Source: Octopus sinensis (taxonomy: Eukaryota). From it: DNA of 64,000 bases. How positions within the stretch are numbered: the first letter of the stretch is position 1; each line of letters begins with the position of its first letter. Below the pieces are notes generated by a model. It worked only from the letters and a program-made list of their open reading frames with translations. It did not search any database and was not told the origin of the DNA. The stretch covers positions 86,428,001 through 86,492,000 of the forward strand of contig NC_042999.1 of assembly GCF_006345805.1 (NCBI RefSeq). The letters run 5' to 3'. The position numbers and the translations under genes are program-made. This document shows, in pieces, positions 1 through 13,770 of this stretch.

Positions 1-359
1 TGCCAATTGTTAAATAAGGCACAAATGGAGATAGTAAAAAAGTATGATAAGGGTATTGAGTTGTGGAAGGTGATCGGGGAAAGAGAGCAATGCCAAAACA
101 GACCTGTCATACTGAACTAAAATTGACTGCGGTATTGAACTGCTGAATTTTAGATAAGTGTGATTGAACTGTAAAACGGTTTCAATGTAACCACTCGACT
201 TCGGGGGTCGAGGGGGCATTCCGCCTCATTATGTCATCTTTTTCATGATTCATTCGTTTTTTTTTTTAATTTTGCTTCTTTCTTTATGCCTCCTTGTTAT
301 AATTTTAGTTCCCCGATATTGTGCACGTACCTTCTATGTTGGTCCCTGGTGGGTAATAA

Positions 360-802
360 AGAAATCGATATTTCCTCTGCCGTTTCGTTCTGAGTTCAAA
401 TTCCGCCGAGATCGACTTTGCCTTTCATCCTTTCGGGGTTGATTAAATAAGTGCCAGTTACGCACTGGGGTCGATATAATCGACTTAATCCGTTTGTCTG
501 TCCTTCTTTGTCCTCTCTGTATCTAGCCCCTTGTGGGTAGTAAAGAAATAGGTATTTCGTCTGCTGCTACGTTCTGAGTTCAAATTCCGTCGAGGTCGAC
601 TTTGCCTTTAATCTTTTCTGGGTCAATAAATAATCATTATTATTATCATTATTATTATTAAGGCAGCGAGTTGACAGAATCTTTAGCACGCCGGACAAAA
701 TGCTTTGCGGCATTTTCGTCTGGCTTTACCTTCTGAGTTCAAATTCCACCAATGTCGACTTTGCCTTTCATCCTTTCGGGGTTGATGAAATAAATACCAG
801 TT
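360..802 (+). mobile_element. Cluster of three partial SINE family A copies (tRNA-like head plus GCCTTTCATCCTTTCGGGGTCGATAA domain)
   Basis: Repeated GTTCTGAGTTCAAATTCC (B-box-like) followed by GTCGACTTTGCCTTTCATCC; same motif recurs more than 10 times in the window. Confidence 0.85.
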
Positions 803-1541
803 ATTAGTTATTGTTGTTGTTTCATTTTTATCTGACTACAATTAGTCTCCCCCTTAATTTCCTCTTCGGGTAATGGAGCGTAACTACCTATATGTCACTT
901 CTTTATAATGATTTTTGAAAGAAGAATTACCTGAATAGCCAAACTCATCGTTGTAATGAAAAATGAATGCAACCAGCTACACACACACACACACACACAC
1001 ACACATTTACAAACACACACTCATAGACATACATACACATATATGTGTGTGTGTGAATGTGTGAGTGAGTGTTTGTGTGTGACTGTGTGTGTGTGCGTGT
1101 GTCTATGTGCATTTCAATCTTTTTCTAATCTCTTCCCCCACCGCTTGGCAACCGGTATAGTTTCTTTACGTCTCTATAACCTGGCGGTTCAGCCAAAGAA
1201 GAAACCGATAGAATAAATACCAAACTTTAAAAATAATTATCAGTACTACGGTTGATTTGATCGGCTAAAAGCCTTCTATGCATATGTGAGTGTGTGCGTG
1301 TGCGCGCGCGCCAGTGTTTGCCCCTTACCACCGACGGACAACCAGTGTTGGCGTTTTTTATGTCGTGTAATTTAGCAGTTCGGCAAATAAACCGATAGAA
1401 TAAGTATCAGGCCTAAACAATAAGAAATGGGGTTGATACGTTCGACTAAAAATTTTCCGAGCAGTGCTCCAGCATGGCCGAAGTTTAATGGCTGAAACAA
1501 GTAAAATAATTAAATAAGATACAGGTACATTAGTACAAATA

Positions 1542-2830
1542 CGAGGGACGTTCAATAAGTAATGCCTCTGACCCACTTGCAGTTGTTTGATCTAGCTGAA
1601 ATTTTGCATGTGCAATCATTTATATCTCTATAGAGTAAGTGGCAAATTACAGCCCTAAATTAATTGTGGTTTTTGATTTACAGGTGTTGAACCGAGTCAA
1701 GTGTGAAATGGAGCCTGTTGAGTGTCGAGCAGTGATCCGGTTTTTGTATTTGAAAGGACGCACACCACGGGAGACTTTTGATGAAATGAAAGTAACTTAT
1801 GGTGATGATGCCCCATCATATGACCTTGTAAAACGCTGGCATCGTGAATTCAAACATGGTCGGAACTCTGTGGAAACAGCTCCCAGATCTGGTCGCCCCT
1901 TCTGCCATTGATGAGGCATCTGTCCGTCAAGTTGAGGCTGCCATTTTGGAAGATCGACGCATAATTATTCGCCAAATAGCCCATGAGGTCAAGATTAGCG
2001 CTGGGTCTGTGGAAACTATCATTCATGACCATTTGCATATGCAAAAGGTGTTTGCCAGATGGATTCCCAGGTTGCTCACGCCTTTCCAGAAGCAAGAACG
2101 CGTCAAGTGCTCGAGGGTGAATTTGGAGATGTGCCAAGAAGATGAGTCAAAATTTTTCAAAAGACTGATTACACAGGATGAAACCTGGGTTCATCATGAT
2201 GATCCAGAGACCAAAGCCCAGTCAATGCAGTGGAAGCACCGTGACTCACCCCCTCCAAAGGAGGCAAGGGTGCAGCCCTCCGCTGGCAAGGTCATGCTCA
2301 CAGTCTTCTGGGACCAGGACGGAGTAGTGATGACAGATTTCCTGGCAAAGGGTACCACAATTGCAGGAGCCTATTATGCTTCACTTTTGAGGAAATTAAG
2401 AGAAGTTATCAAAATCAAGAGGCGGGGCAAGATCAGCAAAGGCATCCTCCTCCTGCAGGACAACGCTCCGGTCCACAACTCGCTTGTCGCCAGATCAGAA
2501 GCACAGGCGTATGGCTATGAACTCCTCCCCCATCCCCCTACTTTCCTGACCTTGCACCCTCTGATTTTCACCTCTTCCCAGTCATGAAGTTGTTTTTGAA
2601 AGGAAAGCGTTTCCCAGATGATGCAGTCTTGATTTCTGAAGTCACGTTCAGGTTGGAGGACCAAGCTGGGGTCTTCTACAAAAACGGTCTCCAGAGCTGC
2701 ATCAAGCAATGGGAGAAATGCGTAACTCTGGGTGGTTCCTATGTAGAAAAAGACTAATAACTGTGCCAAGTTTCGTTGCTCTACTGCTATGGGAAGTGGG
2801 TCAGGGGCATTACTTATTGAACGCCCCTCG
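1542..2830 (+). mobile_element. Full-length mariner (DD34D) element with frameshifted transposase
   Basis: ~37-bp TIRs CGAGGGACGTTCAATAAGTAATGCCTCTGACCCACTT / AAGTGGGTCAGGGGCATTACTTATTGAACGCCCCTCG, TA on both sides; transposase pieces MEPVECRAVIRFLYLKG, WIPRLL, TQDETWVHH, LQDNAPVH and PDLAPSDFHLF in three frames. Confidence 0.95.
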
Positions 2831-2950
2831 TATATAAGTTTATTAATACTGTGCTGTGCAAAGCACTGTGAAATAGAGTCACCCTGTAATTTAGTCTGGC
2901 GAGAACTTGAAGTTCTTCAGAAGTTAGTGGAATTACGAGAGACTCTAGAC

Positions 2951-3241
2951 CAGGGCTGGCCAACATGAGGTCTGCTTGATATTCTCTTGAAATGGGTTTA
3001 TTTAAACAAACATTTGAAAATTTTTGTCAAAAATTAAAGTTTGTAATGAAAAGTAAAAAAGAAAGATACTACAGTTTTTGCAACGATAATATTTCATGTT
3101 GAATCAACGATCATTCATTCATTATTGTAATAAGAGCACGAGAAAACAAAATGCTTTCCATTCTGTCTGTACACAAGCGGCCCTCAAAAAACGTCCTGTG
3201 ATTAAAGTGGTCCGCAGTGTATATCGAGTTGGCCAGGTCTG
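2951..3241. mobile_element. hAT (Charlie-type) MITE
   Basis: Ends CAGGGCTGGCCAAC / GTTGGCCAGGTCTG; 8-bp flanks CTCTAGAC / CTGTAGAC (7/8 match, TA-centred TSD). Confidence 0.75.
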
Positions 3242-4481
3242 CTGTAGACTATCAGAGTCGGGATAGTAGTTGTTGTTCTTGTATTATAAAAGACATTTAA
3301 TTAGCTATTACAATTCAACCAATTGCTAAGCTAAATCTATGTGTTCAGGTAACTTCATTCAAAACCATTACTTTTACTCGTATGTGTATGTGAGTATGTG
3401 CGCGAGAAATGGAGAGAGCAAGCGAGGGATAGTGAGTGACAGAGAGAGAAAGAGAGAGAGAGAGAAAAGGAGAGAGCAGAAGAGAGAAAAAGAGAAAAGA
3501 GGAAGAGAGAGAGAGAGCATATGTCAACATTCAGGCAACTCCCAATTCTTAGATACGCAAACACACACATGCTCAAAATTATAGAGTGATTGCGAAAGAA
3601 TGTGATAGAAAAAAGAAGAGATAACTAAATTGTTTAGGACATTTTTATGTCGTATAAACTTTTCCTATGTTTTGTTTACATTCTTTTTGCATTTATCTTT
3701 ATGCTTGTTATTTTTGCTTTGTTTTCCATTGGTGTAAATGTAAATATTTCCCAGTTTTCTGGCTGTGAAAAAGTTTTTAACTTACAAAAGTACTATAAGT
3801 GGCATTGGTTAGAAATGTACTATTTTCTCAAGTGTCTATCTTTTCCAGATAAGTATTGTGTAGTTAAAGGTTAGAAAGAAATTAAAATAAATTGTGTATT
3901 TAAAGAAATAATAAAGATAACGATATTCCTATGTTTTTTGTTTCTTTCTCTTCGATAGTGTGGTCTTCAGAATATGTTGTGCTTGCCTGCTTCACGACAA
4001 ATAGCATTTTGTCTTCTAATATCCACATCAGCATAAGAGTTTCTTTTTCGCTGAAAACATCTTTAATATAGAAGAAATAAAGTCATACCATAATCTATTC
4101 AAGTTGTAATTAGAGCTATGTGCGCACACATTTTAATTTAAACATTTAAAAGAAACTAACGAATACATTTCTTACTTTTCCCGTATTTTTCCAAGCTTTT
4201 TAATTATAAACAAAAAATTTGAAATAAACCCATTATTCATTTCCTCGATATGCGATATTAATCTCCATGGTCTTACTTGGGATATCTATTGTCTCTTAAG
4301 AATAGAAAACGAATACTCTGGAAGTTTTTAGTTTTGATTTTCTTCTTAAAACTATATAAAAGTTTGTAAAACAAATTTTTCTTCGTAAGATACTGTTTAG
4401 AGCTTGTGGAAGAAATATAGCTGTATTATATCATTTGGAACAAATAATTTTATTTAAATTGCAATATGTATTAAACTTTCA

Positions 4482-4680
4482 AGGCAGCGAGCCGGCAGAA
4501 TTGTTAGCACACCGGACAATAACATACTTAGAAACATTTCGTCTGTCATTACGTTCTGAGTTCAGACTTCACCAAAGTCGACTTTGCTTTCATCCTTTCG
4601 GGGTCGATGAAGTAAGTACTAGTTAAGCACTGGGGTTGATGTAAACGACTAGCCCCCTCCCCTACCGAAATTGATGGCCT
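4482..4680 (+). mobile_element. SINE family A copy
   Basis: GGCAGCGAGCCGGCAGAATTGTTAGC head, B-box-like motif, GCTTTCATCCTTTCGGGGTCGAT domain. Confidence 0.85.
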
Positions 4681-4783
4681 TCCAAAATTTGAAAATAGTA
4701 TGTTTAATTTTAAACTTTAACGCGTCAAATTTTCTCGGGAGTGCATATATTAATGTAGAAATTGTACTTTTAAAAGAAATATA

Positions 4784-5178
4784 TGCAGGAGTGGCTGTGT
4801 GGTAAGTAGCTTGTCTACCAACCACATGGTTCAGGGTTCAGTCCCACTGCGTGGCACCTTGGGCAATTGTCTTCTACTATAGCCTCGGGCCGACCAAAGC
4901 CTTGTGAGTGGATTTGGTAGATGGAAACTGAAAGAAGCCCGTCGTATATATGTATATATATATATACGTGTGTGTGTTTGTGTTTGTCCCCTAGCATTGC
5001 TTGACAACCGATGCTGGTGTGTTTATGTCTCCGTTACTTAGCGGTTCGGCAAAAGAGACCGATAGAATAAGTACTGGGCTTACAAAAGAATAAGTCCCGG
5101 GGTCGAGTTGCTCGATTAAAGGCGGTGCTCCAGCATGGCTGCAGTCAAATGACTGAAACAGGTAAAAGAGTAAAGAGA
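4784..5178 (+). mobile_element. SINE family B copy (tRNA-like head, CORE-like centre, internal microsatellite)
   Basis: GCAGGAGTGGCTGTGTGGTAAG...GGTTCAGTCCC head, GGCACCTTGGGCAA CORE-like motif, conserved tail ending GACTGAAACAGGTAAAAGAG. Confidence 0.85.
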
Positions 5179-7026
5179 GATTTATATAAAAATATACTCA
5201 TAAAATATCATTTAAGTGAACGATATATATATTTTTTTTATAGTATCAATGACATTAACGTTTCAGAAGCCTGTTTCAAGTGAAGTCATTGACACCTTAG
5301 TTTAATATGTACTTGTGTGTGTGTGTGTGTGTATGTGTGTGTGCGTGGGTGTGGGTGTGTGTGTGCATATGTATTTACATGCATATAATATTCTCAATAG
5401 ATTCAACTATATGCAATCTTTTTCATAGATTTATTTTAATTACGCTACAAGTCAAAAAGTCCGTTGTTAAGTAGCTTAATCGCTTACTTATCTCAACCAA
5501 AATTGATGTTTTCCTTTTTCAAAATTAAGAAATAGTGCTTTTTTTCTTTATAATTTGGAGGGCAGCATATGTTCAGAGTACACCGCTTCGAAGTCATGGA
5601 GTACCATTTGTTGTGTCAAGAGCAGATCTTTTAGCCCAAGACGGCAGGTGGTGACATAACAAACTGTCTGAACGTGAATACTCAGTCATGTCAAGTGCCC
5701 TTGAAATTAATAGTAACATAAATTGGTAAAGATTCTAAATTTAAAATTAATCCTCTATTCATTATATATTCAGTGCTTTACGTCTTAATATTAACAACTT
5801 GGTTCAACACTACGCACACATATAGGGACACATACACACACCCAAAGGTTACCTGCTTAAGGGAACATGGTGGAAGCATATACATACATGTGTACACAAA
5901 CACATATAATTAATAGCACCAAAATCAGTATTAATGCTATAAAAGACAATCTTTATTTCCTCCTTAACTTGGATGATGTGTCAGACCACAGAACACTGCG
6001 GTATTTACTGTGGAGAGGAGAGGATCTCACATATGAACTCGTGTTGCATAAAAGCACTTGTATTTATATCGTTGACATGCGAGAACTGCCAGATCACATG
6101 ATTTCGCTCTGTTTTGCGCTCCTCGGTGGCAGACATTCAGTAGCTACGTAACAGATAAATCTTGCATCCAAGATATGTAGGACATCAGTGTCTATTCAGG
6201 CACTGATGTCGCAAATAGGAAGCAAACTTATTAAAAAATAATTCATGGCGACAGAAGCAGAATTAATACCAAGAGGTAATCTTTATCACCGGCTTAATTA
6301 GGATGATGTGTTAGAACACAGAATACTGCATTATTTACTTTGAGAGAACTTCTTATGCACCACAAGTCCATATAAGAGGAAGTTGTGCAATGTCAACATT
6401 CACGCACTCTCACAGTTAGATAGATAGATACATACATACATATATACACACATACATACACAACAAGCTTCCAGCAGTTTCCGTCGAAACTATGGCAATT
6501 ATCTTGTACTAAAGCCCCGGACCGACCGATGCCTTGTGAATGAATTTGTTCGACGGAAAGTGCGTGGAAGCCTTCATGTGATTTTTATTTGAGTTTAAGT
6601 TCTTGTGAGTATTTCTAAAATGTTTTATAAAACTTCACTGTGAACTAATAGATTAAATTTGGAGAATCCATGTCAGTTTCCTTTACTTTTTCTTCGTGAA
6701 ACCGAGTATTGGTAAGTTTTTGTGCAAAGATTTTGGTACATAAACTAACGCACCTATGATGAGGAGTACAAATGAAAATTCATAGTCAGAGTACGCATTA
6801 GTTCATCCTTATTGTTATGTATGTATGTCATTATTTAGTTTTATTTCAAGATTTCTTACCAATAGGGAAAGAGTCGGTTTCTAACCTAGATCCAAAGTTC
6901 CTTTACTGGAATTTCAGCATCTACAACATGTATGTGTACGTGCAGATTTGTATGTTTTGTTTTATGTATGTCTTCTCATGCGTATACTTGCATATTTAGA
7001 CATGCTCATATGTATGTATGTATGTA

Positions 7027-7225
7027 TGTATATAGCAGAAACGTTAGCGCGCCGGGCGAAATGCTTTGCGGTATTTCGTCAGTCTTTACGTTCTGAGTTC
7101 AAATTCCGCCGAGGTCGATGTTGCCTTTCATCCTTTCGGGGTCGATAAATTAAGTACCAGTTGCATATTGGGGTCTATCTAATTGACTGGCCCCCTCCCC
7201 CAAAATGTCGGGCCTTGTGCCTAGA
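7027..7225 (+). mobile_element. SINE family A copy
   Basis: Near-consensus family A sequence with CpGs intact. Confidence 0.85.
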
Positions 7226-8511
7226 TTAGAAAAGTATATATATATACATGCACACACGCACTGTATGTGTCATTGTGTTTGCCTCACGTTATTTTGACCA
7301 ATGATGTGTTTTTTTCATGCCCCTGTAAACCAGCGGTTCGACAAAGGGGAAAGATATAATAAGTACCAAACTTTACAAATAAGCACTGGCGTCGATTTCT
7401 TTGACTAAGCCTTTCGAAGCGGTGTCCCAGCATGGCAGCAGTCTAATGATTGAAACAAATAAAACATACGTACATATGTATATACGACCGTGTATTACAA
7501 GAAATGTTAAGCCTTAATCTAGGTGGATATTTATACATCGATAAGTATGTGTTGTAAATCTAACATTCAAAACTCATCAAATAGAAATTTTCTCTACTTG
7601 TCAAATGTAACCAATTCTTTTCTCCAATGAAAAGGTTACATTTCTGAAACATATGCTCATCTTCTTTATCAGACTTTTCGACACTCTTATCGCAGCTTGG
7701 CATCTGACAGTATTCTTTTAAATAAGAAAATAATAATGTTCTTCTCTGCATTTAGATTCAAAAATGTTTTAAAGAAGACTTTTATTTAATTGAGCAAACT
7801 TGTTTTGTAAAGCTGCACCCAATTTTTGACTGTCGCTAGTTAATTGTGCTTCTTACGTTAGATGTATAATATTTATCCTAAGTTAAAAATATTCAGAACT
7901 TCTCACACCAATGAGTTATTATGTCGTAGTCTTTGAAAAGAAAACTCTCGTCCGACTGGTAATTCTGAATGAAGAGCCTGATATCTTTTAGATACGTTGG
8001 AGCCAAGAAGTCTCATCGCGCCACATGTTTCTTCTTAAGTATTCTAAGTAATAAATGGTTCTTCCGACTTTGCTCTTCAACGGCTGTCAATAAGTATGTC
8101 CCCTACACAATATTAATCTAAAATAGAAATCAATTACAAAATATCAACAAGCCACTTTGGCAAGAATTACAAGAATCTCTTTTTCTGTACATGCAGTCGT
8201 GAGAAAAAATGAGTTCATGTTATCAAGATATCAGATATCTGTGACAGAAACATCGTGTTTTTTTTCATTATTATTTTCTAATTTTATTTATTTGTGTTTT
8301 TGGTATTTCTTTCACTGTTTTATTACAACATGAAAGTATCGAAATATCTAATGATAATGGAAATACTGTAGTTTATTTGAAAATATTACAACAATGTAAG
8401 AAAATATTATATGAAGTATATCATGTTTATAGAGGCGTAGGCGTGGTTGTGTGTTTAAGAAGTTTGCTTTGCAACCGTTTGTTTCTGAGTTCGATTGTCA
8501 CGTACATACGT

Positions 8512-8551
<40 letters not shown>

Positions 8552-8979
8552 TATATATATATAAAGGATATCAAACCAAGCTATCTCCTCATGAAATACA
8601 TCTACGATTTCCAGGTATGAATTTCATGTATGTAAATGTTTCATTTTAAATGAAAAAATCATACAAAGAAGTTGAAATTCCTGATGAATTGGAATATTCG
8701 CATGAAAATATATTTTAAAATAAAATCTGAATTATGTTGTTTCACTTTAATTCTGTGTTACACATGTTTCATTACGCTATTGGAAATATGTTCTATAAAT
8801 ATAATTATTAATATTAATATAATTATAAATATTAATAATTATTAATATTAATATGGATATAATAATTAATATTAATAATGCACTATGGCATTGTCAATAA
8901 ACGTCGGAAAATACGGCACTGCAGTATTAACTTCAGCTATTTGTGTACTATGTTCAGTCCCTGCAATTGAAATATTAAA

Positions 8980-9170
8980 GTGGCGAGCTGGCAGAATCAT
9001 TAGCACGCCGGGAAGCTGCTTAGCGTCCGTCTTTACGTTTTGAGTTCAATTTCCGCTGAGGTCAACTTTGTCTTTCATTCTTTCCGAGTTGATAGAATAA
9101 TTACCAGTTGAGCATCGGAGTCGGTATAATCGACTGAACCTCTCGCTCGAAATTGCTGGCCTTGAGACCA
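8980..9170 (+). mobile_element. SINE family A copy
   Basis: GGCGAGCTGGCAGAATCATTAGCACGCC head and downstream conserved domain. Confidence 0.8.
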
Positions 9171-10799
9171 GTATTAAATATTAAAAGTTCACGATAGATA
9201 TATGCATACATGTAGAAACGTGTTGAACATTTCCCATCTGTAGTCTTCAAACATAGATTCAAAATAATATAATTTTTAATTTGCCTGAAGGATACTACAA
9301 TCACATACATTTTCGTTGTGCTTCCCTACATCATACCTGCGTGTGTGTGTGTGAGTGTATCAGCATCGGAAAGAATCAGTACATTTGAAGAGAAATGTCT
9401 TTCGTTGTTAATGTTAAACTATTTTATCTTCCTCAACTTCGAATTTAGTACTTGATGAAATAAGTTCCAGACAAATATTAGAAATAAAAATGTGATCGTA
9501 AAAAAAAGACAGTAAATTCGAGCTCTCCGTGTAGCCGCAGTCCAATGACTAAAACCAGCATAAGATAAAACCAGCATATTGAGATTCATGATTAATAAAT
9601 TAATTAAGAATTAACGTTTATTCATGCCTGCAAAATATAAAGATACCATTCGTAGTGGAAATTGTAACCTTGTCATTAACTAAGTAATAATAACTATGAT
9701 CATATTTTTTCGCGACCTGTGTGGTTAATATAGATGTTCTAATAAAATTTATGTTACATACAGTTCATAGTATAAAAGAATTTGTCGATCTAGTCAACGG
9801 CCAGACAAACTGTTTGAATTTCAATTTTTATACAACAATGAAACCCAGTCACTATTTATCAAATCAACCACGCAGTATAATCGATACGTAACACTCCAAA
9901 TAGAAAACATTGAAACTTAATCACGCTTTCGCGAAAAGATTATGACGTCTTCTTCTTCTTCTCTTCCTCCTCCTCCTTCTTCTTCTTCCATTTCTCTTTA
10001 ACATCAACAGTAAATGCCTCCACAAATAATTTTTAACCCCCCCCCCCCAAAAAAAAAACAAAGCAAAAAACAAAACAAAAACAGAGAAACCAAAAACCTG
10101 CAATGGCTGCAATTAAAAATATACCTCTTCGTAGCATCGTTATCCTCAATGGCTACATTCTTTTTCTAATCTCTCACACTTAGTTCACATTGAAACAAAA
10201 CTCACAGTATACAATTTTCTGTCTTTTCTTCATTTAATCAAGAACCGTCTTCAGCAACATAACTTCACTAATCTTATCACCCAAACCTATCAGCTAATGA
10301 TTTTGAGACTCTCATTTTCTTATTAAAAGAATTGCAGACCTTGAGTTTTTTTCAATATTTTTTATCCTGTATTTTACGTTTTATACTTCATACTTGTTGG
10401 TAATTTCCTGTCTTTTATACTCACTTCTACCATTTTTTAAAGATGTTCTTTAGAGAATGCGAGAATGCGAGTTTTATTATTGATTTAAGGAAAAACAGAT
10501 GAAAGTTAAGGAATTCCTTCAAAACCACCGTCATTTCATTAAATTAAGTATTCTTGAAGTAGTTTTTCTAATTATAGAAAGGATACTTGGAAGTGGATTC
10601 TGACTAGATTCTCCTGATGTGCAGGAACCCTAAGATTTTTGGTGAAAATGTATGTATGTATGTATGTATGTATGTATGTTTGTATGTATGCATGCGTGAG
10701 TGCGTGTGTGTGTGTGTGTGCGTGTTTGTGACAAAAACTAGCAAGGCATTGTATCATTTCTTGCCAAAAATTAAAACTAGGTTGTGCATTCTGTTTAAT

Positions 10800-11230
10800 A
10801 ATCCTTTCTACTATAGGCACAAGGCCTGGAATTTGGGGGAAGGAGTAGTCGATTACATCGACCCCATTACACAACTGGTGCTTAATTTATCAACCTCGAA
10901 AGAATGAAAAGCAAAGTCAACCTCGGCGGAATTTGAACTCAAAACGTAGCGACGACCGAGATACGGCTAAGCACTTCACCCGGCGTGCTAACAATTCTTA
11001 TTTCTTTACTGTCCACGAGGGGCTACACACAGAGGGGGCAAACAAGGACAGACAAACAGATTAAGTCGATTATATCGACCTCGGTGCGTAACTGGTACTT
11101 ATTTAATCGACCCCGAAAGGATGAAAGGCAAAGTCGACCTCAGCGGAATTTGAACTCAGAACGTAGCGACAGACGAAATACCGCTAGGCATTCCGCCCGG
11201 CGTGCTAACAATTCTGCTAGCTCGCCACCT
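10800..11230 (-). mobile_element. Two tandem SINE family A copies
   Basis: Reverse complement of the family A domain (GGATGAAAGGCAAAGTCGACCTC...GAATTTGAACTC) occurs twice. Confidence 0.85.
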
Positions 11231-11729
11231 TAACCTGTTTAATAATCTATTGAGATTCATGATTAATAAATTAATTAAGAATTAACGTTTATCCTGCAGT
11301 ATATTTCCCATGTTCTTCTCCATTTCAGGTTTTACAAATATCCAACACATAAATATTGGATGTCTAGTTTTATTTATTTCTTTTTTTCCCATATTGCTAT
11401 ATAAACTTTAAATCTATTTGTGATTCACTTTCCAAGTTTAATTTTTGTTTGACATTTTACAAAATGTTGATATGATATGCATTTATCTTTGTTTTCAGTA
11501 AAGTGTATATTTATTGCTGGTAACTAAAGTAATATTTCTATGCACTGAGCTTCTAAATGGAGATGGACGCCAAAAACATCAGTGAGGAGCTGACAACAAA
11601 CTGTAAAATGGCCTGTCGGGAGGTTCCTTCCACCTCTTTTTTTGCTTCGTACATTAATAACGTAGAAAGAATGTGTTTACATTTTTATTTCACCTACAGT
11701 AAAGCTTTGTAGTATTTAAATATTCCTAA

Positions 11730-12300
11730 GGCGGGTAGCTGGCAGAAACGTTAGCACGCTGGGCGAAATGCTTAGCAATATTTCGTCTGCCGCTACGTTC
11801 TGAGTTCAAATTCCGCCAAGGTCTACTTCCCATTCATATTTTCGGGGTCGATTAAATAAGTACCAGTTACGCATTGGAGTCGATATAATCGACTTAATCC
11901 GCTTGTCTGTCCTTGTTTGTCCTCTCTGTGTTTAACCCCTTGTGGGTAGTAAAGAAATGCTGGGCGAAATGCTTAGCGATATTTCGTCTGTCATTACGTT
12001 CTGGGTTTAAATTCCGCCGAGATCGACTTTACCTTTCATCCTTTCGGGGTCGATAAATTAAGTACCAGTTGCGTACTGGGGTGATGTAATCGACTGGCCC
12101 CTTTCCCCAAAATTTGGGGTCTTGTGCCTAAAGTAGAAAGGAATATTTAAATATTTTTAAGGCGGTGAGCTGGCAGAATCGTTAGTAAGCGGGACAAAAT
12201 ACATAGCAGCATTTCGTTCGTTTTCACGTTTTGAGTTCAAATACTGCCGAGGTCGATTTTTGTCTTTCATCCTTTAAGGGTCAATAAAATAAGTACTGTA
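11730..12300 (+). mobile_element. Cluster of three SINE family A copies
   Basis: Head and B-box-like motif repeated at about 11790, 11990 and 12225. Confidence 0.85.
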
Positions 12301-12535
12301 TTGTGATTGACCTGGGCCCATACAACAACCATTACTAACATTATCTGAAAACTTCTGCCTGAAGTATATTAGCGACAAAGGCAGTAATAATGCTAAGGGG
12401 TAATATTTAGCTCCACTTAAACGTAGATGTTCTGTTAGAACGAACTTCACTGCGGTAGATCCATGAGATAAATTCCCAAAAGCTAATATGAGAGTTTCTC
12501 TCATAGTATCTACCACAGTACAGTTTGTTCAGAAG

Positions 12536-12880
12536 GCGCATGGCTCAGTGGTTAGAGCGTCGAGCTTACGATCGTGAGATTGTGAGCTCGAATCCCGGAC
12601 CGGGCTGCGTGTTGTGTTCTTGAGCAAGGCACTTTATTTTCACGTTGCTCCAGTTCACTCAGCTGTAGAAATGAGTTGCGACGTCACTGGTGCCAAGCTG
12701 TATCGACCGTTGTCTTTCCCTTGGATAACACTGGTGGCGTGGAGAGGGGAGGCTGGTATGAATGGGCGACTGCTGGTCTTCCATAAACAACCTTGCCCGG
12801 ACTTGTGTCTAGGAGGGTAACTTTCTAGGTGCAATCCTATGGTCATTCATGACCGAAGGGAGTCTTTACCCTTTACCTTA
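12536..12880 (+). mobile_element. SINE family C (tRNA-derived head, CORE-like centre)
   Basis: GGCGCATGGCTCAGTGGTTAGAGCG (A box)...GCTCGAATCCC (B box), TGTGTTCTTGAGCAAGGCACTT; homologue on the minus strand at about 49670-49975. Confidence 0.8.
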
Positions 12881-12941
12881 CAGTTTGTTCTAATAACATT
12901 CACGTTTAAGTGGAGATAGATATTATATTAAAGTATCTAAT

Positions 12942-13155
12942 AATCCTTTTTACTATAGGCACAAGGCCTGAAATTTTGGGGAGGGGGTAGTCGATTACAT
13001 CGACCCCAGTACTCAACTGGTGCTTAATTTATCAACCCCGAAAGGATGAAAGGCAAAGTCAACCTCGGCGGAATTTGAACTCAAAACATAGCGACGTCTG
13101 AGATACTGCTAAGCACTTCGCCCAGCGTGCTAACGATTCTGCCAGCTCGCCACCT
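12942..13155 (-). mobile_element. SINE family A copy
   Basis: Reverse complement of family A; shares both flanks with the 10800-11230 copy. Confidence 0.85.
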
Positions 13156-13377
13156 TAACCTGTTTAATAATCTATTAAGATTCATGATTAATAAATTACT
13201 TAAGAATTAACGTTTATTTTATAATCTGGCAAATGTTTTTAACTTTCTGGATAATTTGCCGACTAAAGACTTTAATGTACAGAATATACAGTTAGTTGTA
13301 ATTGCTTTTAGTTGTATATAACAAGCATTCTCACGTTCATTTCGATACACGAAAAATAAATATTTTAAAATCACAAG

Positions 13378-13536
13378 TAGGCGTAGGTGTGTGTTAAGAA
13401 GCTCACTTTCTAGCCACATATTTCCGGGTTCAATCCCACTGCAGGGCACCTTGGGAAAATGTCTTCTACTATAGTCTCGGGTCGACCAAAGCCTTGTGAG
13501 GGGATTTGGTAGACGGAAACTGGAGGAAGCCCGTCG

Positions 13537-13569
<33 letters not shown>

Positions 13570-13770
13570 TTATCCCCAACCACCGGTGTTTGTGCGTTTA
13601 TGTCCTCGTAACTGAGAGGTTCGGCAAAAAAGACAATAAATACCAAGCTTATCAAAAATATTAAGTACTATTAAGTATTCGAGCAAAAAAAAAAAAAAAA
13701 TCATCAAGGCGGTGTCCCGGCACAGCCGCAGTCTAATGACTGAAACCAGTAAAAGATAAAAAAAATAAGA
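13378..13770 (+). mobile_element. SINE family B copy
   Basis: GGCGTAGGTGTGTGTTAAGAAG head, GGCACCTTGGGAAAATGTC, conserved tail. Confidence 0.85.

Noticed and set aside
170-250. Hammerhead-like string near the window start
   Set aside because: A CTCGAC/GTCGAG hairpin and GAAAC are present on the minus strand, but the core is degenerate and the stems do not close.
5951-6348. Repeated protein domain (NLY..LN.DDV..HR.L.YLL)
   Set aside because: A ~70-bp diverged local duplication; the second copy has stops and no splice signals were supported.
8670-8720. CTGATGA...GAAA hammerhead candidate
   Set aside because: No convincing stems I-III or cleavage triplet; at most a fossil PLE end.
12536-12610. 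tRNA gene
   Set aside because: The tRNA-like head continues into a SINE body, the acceptor stem does not close and there is no T-run terminator.
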